The notes under the pieces: generated by a model
What the model was told of the DNA's origin: nothing
Seen by the model: the letters and a program-made list of their open reading frames with translations, nothing else
Database searches by the model: none
NCBI RefSeq assembly: GCF_006345805.1
Contig: NC_043004.1
Span: 79,732,001-79,796,000, forward strand
Length of the DNA stretch: 64,000 nucleotides
Direction: 5' to 3'
Origin: Octopus sinensis
Lineage: Eukaryota
Part shown: piece by piece, positions 25,986-37,654 of the stretch
How positions within the stretch are numbered: the stretch's first letter is position 1
Layout of the letters: each line of letters starts with the position of its first letter
Made by a program: the position numbers and the translations under genes

Positions 25986-26539
25986 AAAAAAAGAAAAAAT
26001 AATAGGGTATTTTCCTATCCTCGAACTGACGTCCCGGCATCGAATGCAGACAGGGATGGGTGTCAAACTGCCTCGTAGACCGGGGGCTGGGGGAAAGCGC
26101 ATGCAAGATTGGGGATATGAATTCCCATAATTTAGAGGAAATCAACCACATAAGTGGGTTGTGGGAAGGGTAAAAAGCCATGATGGTGCTCCAGCATGAC
26201 CGCAGCCGCACTTACACGCTCACACACACGCCTATGTATACACACCCACACAAACACACACATATATAAATATGAATATATACATACATATATATACATA
26301 TATATATATGTCCACACCCCACCCGTGCTTTCCCCACTCTCGCCTCCCCCACCTCCCAACATCACATCACACCACACTACACCATACAACATTACACATC
26401 ACATCACAACACACCACCCACACACCCATCCCCACATTTTCACACCTACGCATTCATACACGCACACGTCCAGACCACCAGCCCTCTTTCACACGCACGT
26501 ACATACTCTCTTATACACACACGCACCTTCGTGTTGGGG

Positions 26540-26805
26540 GTCATCTTTACTTTATTATCTCCCCTACTTCTTCCCTCTCGTGTGTGACCCTTCTGTCCGA
26601 AGTCAGTCGCCATGATAGATCGTTAGCCACTACACACATTTTTTTTCTCTCCTTGTTTCTCTCCTTGTTTTTTCTGTGTCCCTTTCTGTAGAAGAGCGTA
26701 GGCTCGAAACGTAAAAGACTTTTTCTATTCCTGAGCGTTATACTAATACATCTGTTTGTTTTGTACACCACCTATCTTTGTCTTTTGTTTTTCGTAAACT
26801 CTCAC

Positions 26806-26810
<5 letters not shown>
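26540..26810 (+). mobile_element. Penelope-like pLTR/3' end with a minimal hammerhead, ending in (TA)n
   Basis: T-rich segment containing the hammerhead at 26682-26717, then ~90 nt and a (TA)n tract. Confidence 0.6.
26682..26717 (+). ncRNA. Minimal (PLE-type) hammerhead with variant core CUGUAGA
   Basis: CUUU-CUGUAGA-A-GAGC-GUAG-GCUC-GAAA-C-GUA^-AAAG: 4-bp stem I, 4-bp stem II, palindromic ACGU stem III. Confidence 0.65.
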
Positions 26811-26858
<48 letters not shown>

Positions 26859-27924
26859 CCTCTTCTGGCTTAACGGCCCTCCATGTTTGCTTTCGTTTTG
26901 TTTGTTGTATGTTTCCACTGTCCTGTTTTATTTTATTTAATTCTTTCGCAGGAAGGATTAGTTCGACATAACGTGTTCTGTCCTCACCTTCGAAACACTC
27001 TGGAGTTGAACTAGGGACAGCTGATGAAGGGGATTTTTCCTTGTGTAGTTGTCTTGTACTCTGTTTTTTCGTTGTTAAACAAATGGTCCGTTCCATGCTG
27101 TTTTTACGTTTTCGTTTCTCGTTGAGTTCTACGTCTAATTGTGGTGTCCTGTACACACGTATATATATTTATATATGCATGTATATATACATGTAGATGT
27201 AGGTACGTACATATATGTTTGTATGTATGCATATATTTTATTTATTACACTATACATATATACGACGGGCTTCTTTCATTTTCCGTCCACCAAATCCACT
27301 CACAAGGCTTTGGTCGGCCCGAGGCTATAGTAGAAGACATTTGCCCAAAGTGCCACGCAGTGGGACTGAACCCGGAACCATGTGGTTGGTAAGCAAGCTA
27401 CTTACCACACAGTCACTTCTAAGATGGTGTGATATGACTTGTGGGAGATTTGGCTGTTATTTCTTGCATGCTGATCGATTACAACCGGACCTAATTCCAG
27501 ACGAACCCCGAACACTCCTTTCCAGTTTAAAATTAAATGAGGCTCTGACGTTCACGACATCATGATGTCTACGAACGAAATCCTCTAATTACTCTTGTTA
27601 ATTACATCTCATCATAGAAATACTTAGATGCGATTAATTAAGGCAAGGCTTCAATTTCCTCATTTATTTTGTTTCTTTATTATTGTTGCTGTTGTTGCTG
27701 TTGTTGCTGTTGTTGTTGTTGTTGTTGCTGCTGTGGCTGTTGTTGTTGCGTTTGTATTCAATTTGTCACAGGAAGTAGAAAAGCAGATGTCCTGTTGAGC
27801 TTTCTACGCTCTCTGTTTGGGATTAAACATTCAGATGAAACAAGGAATAGGAATTTTGCTTTTGGAATTCTTGAGGATTCTTTGATTCTTGCACATCCTG
27901 GTGAACTCGCATTTATTTTTAGGT

Positions 27925-28107
27925 GCAGGAGTGGCTGTGTGGTAAGTAGTTTGCTTCCCAACCACATGGTTCCGGGTTCATCCCCACTGCGTGGCAGCTT
28001 GGGCAAGTGTTTTCTATTATAGCCTCGGGCCGACCAAAGCCTTGTGTGTGGATTTGGTAGACGGAATCTGAAAGAAGCCCGTCGTATATATGTATATGTA
28101 TATATGT

Positions 28108-28187
<80 letters not shown>

Positions 28188-28395
28188 TGTGTGTCTGTGT
28201 TTATCTCATTAACATCGCTTGACAACCGATGCTGGTGTGTTTACGTCCCCGTAACTTAGCGGTTCGGAAAAAGAGACCGATAGAATAAGTACTAGGCTTA
28301 CAAAGAATAAGTCCTGGGGTCGATTTCCTCGACTAAAGGAAGTGCTCCAGCATGGCCACAGCCACATGACTGAAACAAGTAAAAGAGTAAGATAG
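27925..28395 (+). mobile_element. Full-length family A SINE with internal (TATG)n(TA)n(TG)n; other right-of-gap copies ~27203-27415, 28510-28975, 32477-32640, 33533-33715, 36440-36670, 43775-44410, 46105-46450, 53365-53735, 58960-59300, 62240-62570
   Basis: ggagtggctgtgtggtaag head, ggttccgggttc B-box-like, ggcagcttgggcaagtg CORE, tail ending gactgaaacaagtaaaagag. Confidence 0.88.
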
Positions 28396-28750
28396 TATAT
28401 GTCAGTCATTGGAGTACGGCCACGCTGGAGTACGGCCATGCAACTCCTTCAAGGGATTTTAGTCGAATAAATACTCACCAGTGCTTATTTATTTATCTAT
28501 CTACTTACTTTTGCTTAAATGCGGTATCTATTTCATTAGTTTATTTCACCGAACTGCTAAGTTACGGGGATATAAACACACTGGCATCGGTTGTCAAGTA
28601 ATGGCGAGTGGGGGGACAAACACAGACACATACACACATAAATACATACACACGCACTCACACATACACACACACGCACTCACATATATATATATATATA
28701 CATTATACATAGATATATATATATAAATATATATATGTATATATACATAT

Positions 28751-28802
<52 letters not shown>

Positions 28803-29284
28803 TATAATATATATACGACGGGCTTCTTTCAGCTTTCGTCTAACAAATCCACTCACAAGGCTTTTGTCGGCCCGAAGCTATAGTAGAAGACGCCCAAGGT
28901 GCTACGCAGTGGGATTGAACCTGAAACAATACAGTTGGAAGGCAAACTTCTTGCCACACAGCTACGCCTGCGCCACAAAATGGAGAAAGATGGATGTATT
29001 TGTATGATATAAAGATGTTGAAATTTAAAAAGGAAATAATAATACAAATAAATTATAAGTTATAAAACTAAAAAAGAAAATGGTAGATGCAAAAGAACCT
29101 ACATATATGTTTCACTTCTAGCCCCTAGTTGATATGCAATTCTAAGCATTTGGTTATATGCTAAGAAAGGTATCATTTTTAACTATATGGGGCGGAACTT
29201 CTCCAGGGTTTTTATGAGTTTATAGAAGAAAGGATACCATATTTTTTTAAAGAAAATAAGGTTAACATATTTCTTGAAAGGATG

Positions 29285-31774
29285 CATACAAAATAACTCC
29301 AACCAACCAGGGCAGGTAACATACTGGATCTCTGCTTCACAAATAATATGGATCTCATCCATAATGTGAAAGTGACACCGACACTACTCTCGGATCACAA
29401 CATGGTTAGAGCACCTGTACGGGGCCAAAGGAAAGCATGGACATGCAGCCTACAAGAAACTCTCAGAATCTTTCCAGCTTGAACTTCCATAAGGCAAACT
29501 GGAAACAAATTGAGAAAGAGATCCTCAAACAAAAATGGCCTGAATGTCTCTCCTCGCCAGACATCGACATGAAACTTCCACAATTCATGTCTGTAATGCA
29601 AGCAATATGCTACAAATGTGTCCAGGAGAAGGCCACTGTACACAAGAGCAAAATCCCCAGAGAGAGGAAAATTCTAATGAGACGGCGTACAAAAGTTTCA
29701 AATCGCCTAAACAAACAAAGTGAAAGCAGTGAAAAGTCCCGCCTAAAAATAAAACTGTTGGAAATCGAAAAATGTCTGAAACTCTCCCATGAAAAGGAAA
29801 GAGCAGACAAAGAAGCCTGGGCTATAGACAACATAAAATCTAACCCCAGAGCTTTCTACAGGTATGCCAAAGAAACAGCTTCGGTGCACTGTAGGATAGG
29901 GCCACTCCTTGAAAAGGATGGCACACTCACAGGAATTCCAATGAGGGTAAGTGAAATACTAAATGAGCAATTCAGGAGTATTTTCACTCCACCCCTAGGG
30001 CATTTTCAAGTCAGCAATCCAACTGACTTCTTTACCACTGAAGATATAAAATCAGAGGCAGCGATGATTGATTACATCAATATAAAGGAAGACGATGTAA
30101 TAAAGGCTATTGATGAAATGAAAACAAACTCAGCTACTGGCCCCGATGGATTCCCAGCAATCCTCCTAAAAGTATGTAAGAGAGTCCTAGCAAGACCACT
30201 GCAGTTCCTCTTTCAGATTTTCCTTGCAACTGGCAAACTTCCAAGAAAACTGAAGGAAGGTAAAATATGCCTATTCATAAAGGAGGTAGCAGAGCGGAGG
30301 CCAAGAACTACAGACCTATCTCTCTGACCTCACACATCAGCAAGGTCATGGAACGAATAGTCAGAAGGAAACTAATCACCTTCCTTGAAGAAAATGACTT
30401 GCTGCCTGACACCCAACATGGTTTCCGACCAGAGAAGAAGCTGCTTAACTCAGCTACTACAACACTATGACTGGGCTGCTGAAACGACTGCTCAACCACT
30501 CAAATGTGGAAGTCATATATCTCGACTTTGCAAAGGCCTTTGATAAAGTCGATCATGGAATGATATGTCACAAACTGCGTGATCTTGGCATAGTTGGAAA
30601 ATTGGAAGAATGGCTTCATGACTTTCTGAAGGATAGAAGTCAGGTGGTAGTAGAAGTCAGCAAATAGTGAGCGGTGTTCCGCAAGGCACTGTTTTGGGAC
30701 CACTAGTGTTTATAATGGCCCTCTCAGACATGCCCTCAACCACGCAGAGAGCCACAATCACAAGTTATGCAGATGATACAAAAGTTTCACAGGCAATACA
30801 GAACCCTGAAGACACTAAGCACTTGCAATGTGAGCTGGACAAAATATACAAGTGGGCTGAAAAGAATAGCATGCAGTTCAATGCTGAAAAGTTTCAAGCT
30901 TTATGCTATCAGCATGCAAAACTAAATGCAATACCCAATAAATACACTGGACCTGGAGGGATTGCAATCCCAGAGGCACAATCAGTGCGAGACCTGGGTA
31001 TTTACATGAGTGATGATGCCACCTTTCATGTGCATGTTGCTAAATTGGCAATGAAATGTAGGCGGCTGACCGGATGGATTCTTAGAACGTTTAGAACAAG
31101 AGACCAGGAAATCATGATGGTCCTCTAGAGGACACTTGTCCTAAGCCACTTTGACTATTGCTCTCAGCTATGGTCACCATCCAGTGTCAAGTTAATCACA
31201 GAACTTGAGGCGATCCAACGAAGCTACACGAAGAAGATAGCCTCTGTGCAGCATATAAGCTATTGGGAAAGACTCAAGAGATTGAGACTCTATTCCTTAG
31301 AGCGTGGCGAGAAAGATATGCCATAATATACATCTGGAAGATCCTAGAAGGACTTGTCCCAAACTTTGGCATCGAGAGTTACACAAATGCCAGAACTGGG
31401 CGCCACTGCATAGTGCCAAGGACTCCAAATTTGCCATCAAGATGTAGAACAAAATACTGTGATAGCCTGGGCTTCCGAGGCACCACAGCTCTTCAATATC
31501 CTCCCGAAGAACCTAAGAGACCTGCATGGGGTGGATGCAGATGTCTTTAAAATGAAACTGGATCTCTTCTTGTCAGGTATCCCAGATATGAACCAACTTC
31601 ACGGCAGGAGGTGCAGATGAGGGCAGCTGCGCTTCGAAACTCTCTCATGCACCAAATGGCAATGCTAAAAAGCATTCGTGAAGTAAAATCATGTAGAAAA
31701 CACCAAATGGCGGTGCCCCAGCATGGCCACAGCTTGTGAGCTGAAACTAGATAAAAATAAAAAATAAAATAAAA
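29285..31774 (+). mobile_element. 5'-truncated CR1/L2-group LINE: APE endonuclease C-terminus + reverse transcriptase + 3' tail, frameshifted
   Basis: ILDLCFTN...SDHNMV (EN end), NYRPISLTSHISKVMERI, QHGFR, YLDFAKAFDKVDH, SGVPQGTVLGP, YADDTK, RDLGI. Ends in a stem-loop followed by a (TAAAA)-like tail. Confidence 0.93.
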
Positions 31775-31810
31775 CATACACACACACACACCACACACAC
31801 ACACACGCAC

Positions 31811-31842
<32 letters not shown>

Positions 31843-31843
31843 G

Positions 31844-31910
<67 letters not shown>

Positions 31911-32099
31911 TGTATGTATTTATGTGTGCATTTATGTGTGCATTTAGGTAGGTATTAGAGAAAGGAGGGAGAGAGAAACATGTGCATAACGTTTTTTTTT
32001 CTTAATCTTCGGATATTTACAATATTATTCTACAATTCTCGGCAGAAGAATTCCAGTTTCAATTCCAATTGTATAATATTGGTTCCCACAAGTGTTGGG

Positions 32100-32400
32100 A
32101 ATTCCCTCACTTCTAAATCTACTCTCCATGTTCTTCGGTAAGCCTTGACAGAATTGAAACTCATTCTTGTAAGCTTATTTTTCATGCTTCAGTCAACGAG
32201 TGCAATCGATGCCATACCAAACGCCATAATCAATGAACCATTCTTCTAAAACTTCAGCATGCTAGAATGGTATTAGAACAGTTGAATGAGTATACTGCTT
32301 TATTATGCAAGATTTTCAAGACCCCAGGGAATTCGAGGCGGCATCTTAATCAAATCTTCATTGTATCGTCAAACACTGGATTAAATTGTTTCTTTAATGT
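32100..32400 (-). pseudogene. Highly decayed hAT (Charlie-like) transposase C-terminal remnant
   Basis: Hand translation gives LEFPGV...AC*SFRRMVH...HRLHSLTEA*KISL, loosely matching EYP...LCESGFS...RL...LR.SLS of Charlie/SCAND3-type dimerisation domains; several stops. Confidence 0.35.
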
Positions 32401-32639
32401 ACATCAAGTTCGTTGTGTTAACTCGCAAATCCCTTACGTTTATGCACTTACTTCACACATTCTTATTTCTTGAAGAAGGCATAGCCGTGTGGTTAAGAAG
32501 CTCCGTTTGCAACCACGCGGTTTCGGATTCAGTCCCACTGCGCGGTACCTTCGACAAGTGTCTTCTACTATAGCCCCGGGCCGACCAATGTCTTGTGAGT
32601 GGATTTGCAAACGGAAACGGCAAAGAAAGAAAGTCTGTC

Positions 32640-32674
<35 letters not shown>

Positions 32675-32717
32675 TGTATGGGCGTATGTGTGTGCATATA
32701 TGTTGATACATACATAC

Positions 32718-32771
<54 letters not shown>

Positions 32772-33728
32772 CCAAAGTAAAATTGCAAGGTACTGCACGA
32801 GTGAAAATATATAGGAAAGAAGATTGGAAAATGCAGAGGTCTTTTAAAGGTGTTTATTGACTTCACAGGTTTCACACGTTTTTAAAAAATGATTTTCAAA
32901 AGTAAAATGTAAGCCTTTGTGGTGTTAAAATGGTTATCATAGATGTATTAGAATACAGTGATACAGTCTTTGACAATAAGAAAATGTTAAGAAATAGAAT
33001 CTTTGACAATGATAAGAAAATGTTATGACAGGTTTTGTGTTTAAACAGTTTACATAAAAACGTTTAAAAAAGTAGTAAAATAAATTTATAATTATTTATA
33101 AGTTCATCAAAAATTCTGATTGTATATAAACAAATATACAGAAAGAATTTGTAGACAGTATTTGATAGGACAAAGTATGTATTGCTTAGTCAAAACTTCA
33201 TCAGAAATCATGTTTAAATATTTATACAGAATTTTAGATATACACATATATATGCATATATATGTACACACACACATATACAAACGGTGTTCCTTTTTTT
33301 ACGTCCTCATAACTTAGTGATCCAGTAAAATAGAACCAATAGAATACGTATCACACTTGTCAAAAAGAATCGAAAAGAAAAAATTATTGGGTCCATTTGT
33401 TCGACTGAAGGTTTTTCAAGGATGGACTCCAGCATGGCCGCAGCCCATTGACTGGGAGCAGTAAAAAAAATCAACAAGAGGTGCAATGATCGTCACACAG
33501 GAAACTTCAAATACAAAAAAAATACGAAGACGCAGGAGTGGTTGTGTGATAAGAAGCTTGCTTCCGAACCACAGGGTTCCGGGTTCAATCCCACTACATG
33601 GCTCCTTGGGCAAATGTCTTCTACAAGTGTCTTCTAATATAGCCTCAGGCAAACCAAAGTCTCGTGAGTGGATTTGGTAAGTAGAAACTGAAAAACCCGT
33701 CGTGTATGTATGTATGATATGTATATAC

Positions 33729-33823
<95 letters not shown>

Positions 33824-33873
33824 ATATATATATATAATATATATATATATATATAATATATTATTATATATAT

Positions 33874-33906
<33 letters not shown>

Positions 33907-33917
33907 ATATATATATA

Positions 33918-33959
<42 letters not shown>

Positions 33960-33964
33960 CAAAG

Positions 33965-34307
33965 TGAAGGCGCATGGCTCAGTGGTTAGAGCGTCGAGCT
34001 TACGATCGTGAGGTTGTGAGCTCGAATCCCGGACCGGGCTGCGTGTTGTGTTCTTGAGCAAGGCACTTTATTTCACGTTGCTCCAGTTCACTCAGCTGTA
34101 GAAATGAGTTGCGACGTCACTGGTGCCAAGCTGTATCGACCTTTGTCTTTCCCTTGGATAACACTAGTGGCGTGGAGAGGGGAGGTTGGTATGCATGGGC
34201 GACTGCTAGTCTTCCATAAACAACCTTGCCCGGACTTGTGTCTAGGAGGGTAACTTTCTAGGTGCAATCCCATGGTCATTCATGACCGAAGGGGGTCTTT
34301 ACCCTTT
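33965..34307 (+). mobile_element. Full-length family C tRNA-derived SINE with a 14-bp TSD
   Basis: ggcgcatggctcagtggttagagc A-box, CORE-like cttgagcaaggcactt. TSD tatataaatcaaag at 33951-33964 and 34308-34321. Confidence 0.9.
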
Positions 34308-34797
34308 TATATAAATCAAAGGTAGGACAGAAAGAACACAACAAACGGAAACCAACAAAACAGATGCGGAAAAATAGACGATGGCACGTCAAACGACAAA
34401 CAGGACAAAAACAAGATGCACGAATCATTCGGAGCCGATTTCCTCACCAATCGGAGTCCGGACCCTCCATGCTTGTTTTCGTTCGGTTTCCTTGTATGTC
34501 TCCACTATCCTGCTTTTGTTCCAAACTTTGACCATCCATAAATCCATAATTTTATTTTGGTACTTATAAGAGCAATTGTCTTCGGAGACTCATATTGTCG
34601 TTCAATGCTCAAAATGAGGAGTAGATAGACAGCCGACAACTGATGAAGGGTCGTTCTTTGTGTTACTTGTTCTGTTTTCCATTTGTTTCTCTCGTTGTTT
34701 GCGCATTGAATTCATTTGTTCTCATATTTTATGTTGTTTACTATTGGTGACGTCCTCTACCCATATATGCATATGTAAATATATATGTACATATATA

Positions 34798-35137
34798 GTG
34801 AGGGTGCATGGCTCAGTGGTTAGAGCGTCGAGCTTACGATCGTGAGGTTGTGAGCTCGAATCCCAGACCGGGCTGCGTGTTGTGTTCTTGAGCAAGGCAC
34901 TTTATTTCACGTTGCTCCAGTTCACTCACCTGTAGAAATGAGTTGCGACGTCACAGGTGCCAAGCTGTATCGACCTTTGTCTTTCCCTTGGATAACACTG
35001 GTGGCGTGGAAAGGGGAGGTTGGTATGCATGGGCGACTGCTGGCCTTCCATGAAAACAGCCTTGCCCGGACTTGTGTCTAGGAGGGTAACTTTCTAGGTG
35101 CAATCCCATGGTCTGTGTCGTGACCGAAGGGGGTCTC
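34798..35137 (+). mobile_element. Second, near-identical family C SINE
   Basis: Aligns end to end with 33965-34307, including gagctcgaatccc and gtatcgacctttgtctttccc. Confidence 0.88.
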
Positions 35138-35237
35138 CGATATATATATGTGTATATTATAGATATATATATATATATATATATCTATATATACATATAC
35201 ATATACATGTACATACATACTACATACATATATATAT

Positions 35238-35316
<79 letters not shown>

Positions 35317-35378
35317 TATTTATATATATGTAGATATATGTGTGTGTATTATTTATTTTATATTATATTAAATATATA

Positions 35379-36390
35379 GGATATTTTCAATCCTGAGGCC
35401 AGGACCCCAGATCTTTCTACTTAACTAAATAATTTGAAACTTCGTGTGCTGGTAGAGTGTCGCAAAACAAGACACAAGTTGAAACTAGTTTATTTGAGAA
35501 AAATCTATTTTATGACTAAAATTGCTTGTTTTCATATCTAATACGTTACTGCATTCTGTTAGTGTGACGTAGAAAGCTGTTTTGTGACGTATGCAACTGT
35601 GTCGTTTTGTTTACATTTCACATCCCATGTGTTACATACACACACACACATACATACACACACACACACACATAGATACATACACACACACACATACATA
35701 CACACACACACACACATAGATACATACACATACACACACATACATACACACACATACATACATAGATACATACACACACACACATACATACAGATACACA
35801 TACACCGAGTATTTACTCGAAAAAACTAAACACTGAATCGGCCATACATACATACATACACACACACATACATACACACACACACATAGATACATACACA
35901 CACATACACACACACACACACACACATAGATACATACACACATACACACATACATACACACACATACATACATAGATACATACACACACACACATACATA
36001 CAGATACACATACACACACATACATACACACACATACACACACACACATACATAGATACATACACACATACATACATACATTCATACATATACACATACA
36101 CCGAGTAAAAAATTTTATCGTTATCGTTTTGTTTACATTTCACATACCATGTCTTTACTACGTCACCAAATTGGTGGTCGAGACGGAGTAAATAATATGA
36201 AGCCGAAAGACCGAATACCATTGGTTAAAATTCTAATTATTAAACAATGTTAAACTTAGAAGTTACAATTCCATTTTCATTCTGGTTTACAATTAAGTTT
36301 ACTTTTGACACATTCTACCAGTATACGAAGTTTCAAATTGTTTGGTTCAGTAGGAAAAATTTGAAAAAATTGGCCTCAGAAATGAAAAGA

Positions 36391-36395
<5 letters not shown>
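35379..36395. mobile_element. TA-flanked non-autonomous DNA element with ~21-bp imperfect TIRs and an internal (CA/CATA)n expansion
   Basis: gatattttcaatcctgaggcc versus ggcctcagaaatgaaaagatc (17/21). Internal repeats gttttgtttacatttcacat (~35604, ~36126) and catacaccgagta. Confidence 0.55.
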
Positions 36396-36428
<33 letters not shown>

Positions 36429-37118
36429 GTATGTATGTTTGTCTTTGTATTTGAATTTGTCATCTACCACCGCTTGACACCCGGTATTGGTATGTTTACG
36501 TTACTGTAACTTGGCGGTCTTGCAAAAGAGTACGATAGATAAGTATCATAGGTACCAATCTTTCAAAACAAAACCAAAAAAAATAGACACTGGATTCGAT
36601 CCGTTTGACTAAAATACTTGAAGGCGGTGCTCCAGCATGGCCGCTGTCTAATGACTGAAACAAGTTGAAAATAAAAAAATAGACAACATCGCACAGAGCG
36701 ACGACCTAGCAATGGTGGCTCTGAAACAACATCGAACAGATGTCAAGCACAACCAAATTGCTTTTTGTCGAAATTCTCATGGGTGATTTGCTATCGATAT
36801 ACAACACAGAAGATTAAGTTTCGATCTCGCTCTATAGAACATGTCAGAAAAGATATTAATGGAATTGGTATGGATCATTACGACAGAAAAGATTGATGGA
36901 GTTTAAGTCGTCCTGCTATGTTAAGTAAGAGGCAGCGACTGGTTGTACAGATAAATAGCTCCCTTTTCTTTCGTTCTCTCTCTCTCTCTCTATTTCTCTC
37001 TCTCTCTCTTTCTCTTTCTCTCTCTCTAGATATAGATATATTTGTATAGGCATGTATATATAATATATAATACTACATTTTAAATAGTAAATAATATATA
37101 CATATGTAAATATATATA

Positions 37119-37163
<45 letters not shown>

Positions 37164-37200
37164 TATATATATATATATATAGGTATATATGTGTATGTAT

Positions 37201-37237
<37 letters not shown>

Positions 37238-37441
37238 TTATATATATATATATATATTATATATAATATATATATATATATCTTGTCCAACATTTAATTT
37301 CTGTGAATTTGCCTTGTTTTTATATCTTTCACAATAATTCATCACGTAGAATTTTTTCTTGAATCATTTTACTTTATATACATATATATGTGTTTATATA
37401 TTTGTGTGTATGTATTATATATTATATATATTGAAAATATA

Positions 37442-37480
<39 letters not shown>

Positions 37481-37550
37481 GTATACATATATATATACAC
37501 TGTATACATGTATGTATGTAAATATACATATATATATATTATATATATAT

Positions 37551-37602
<52 letters not shown>

Positions 37603-37654
37603 TATATGCATATATATATATATATATGTCTATATGTACATTATATATATATAT

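Noticed and set aside
33968-34040. tRNA-like sequences at SINE heads (also 34800, 56820, 57095)
   Set aside because: A/B boxes are present but there is no complete cloverleaf, and they continue into SINE bodies with TSDs; not tRNA genes.
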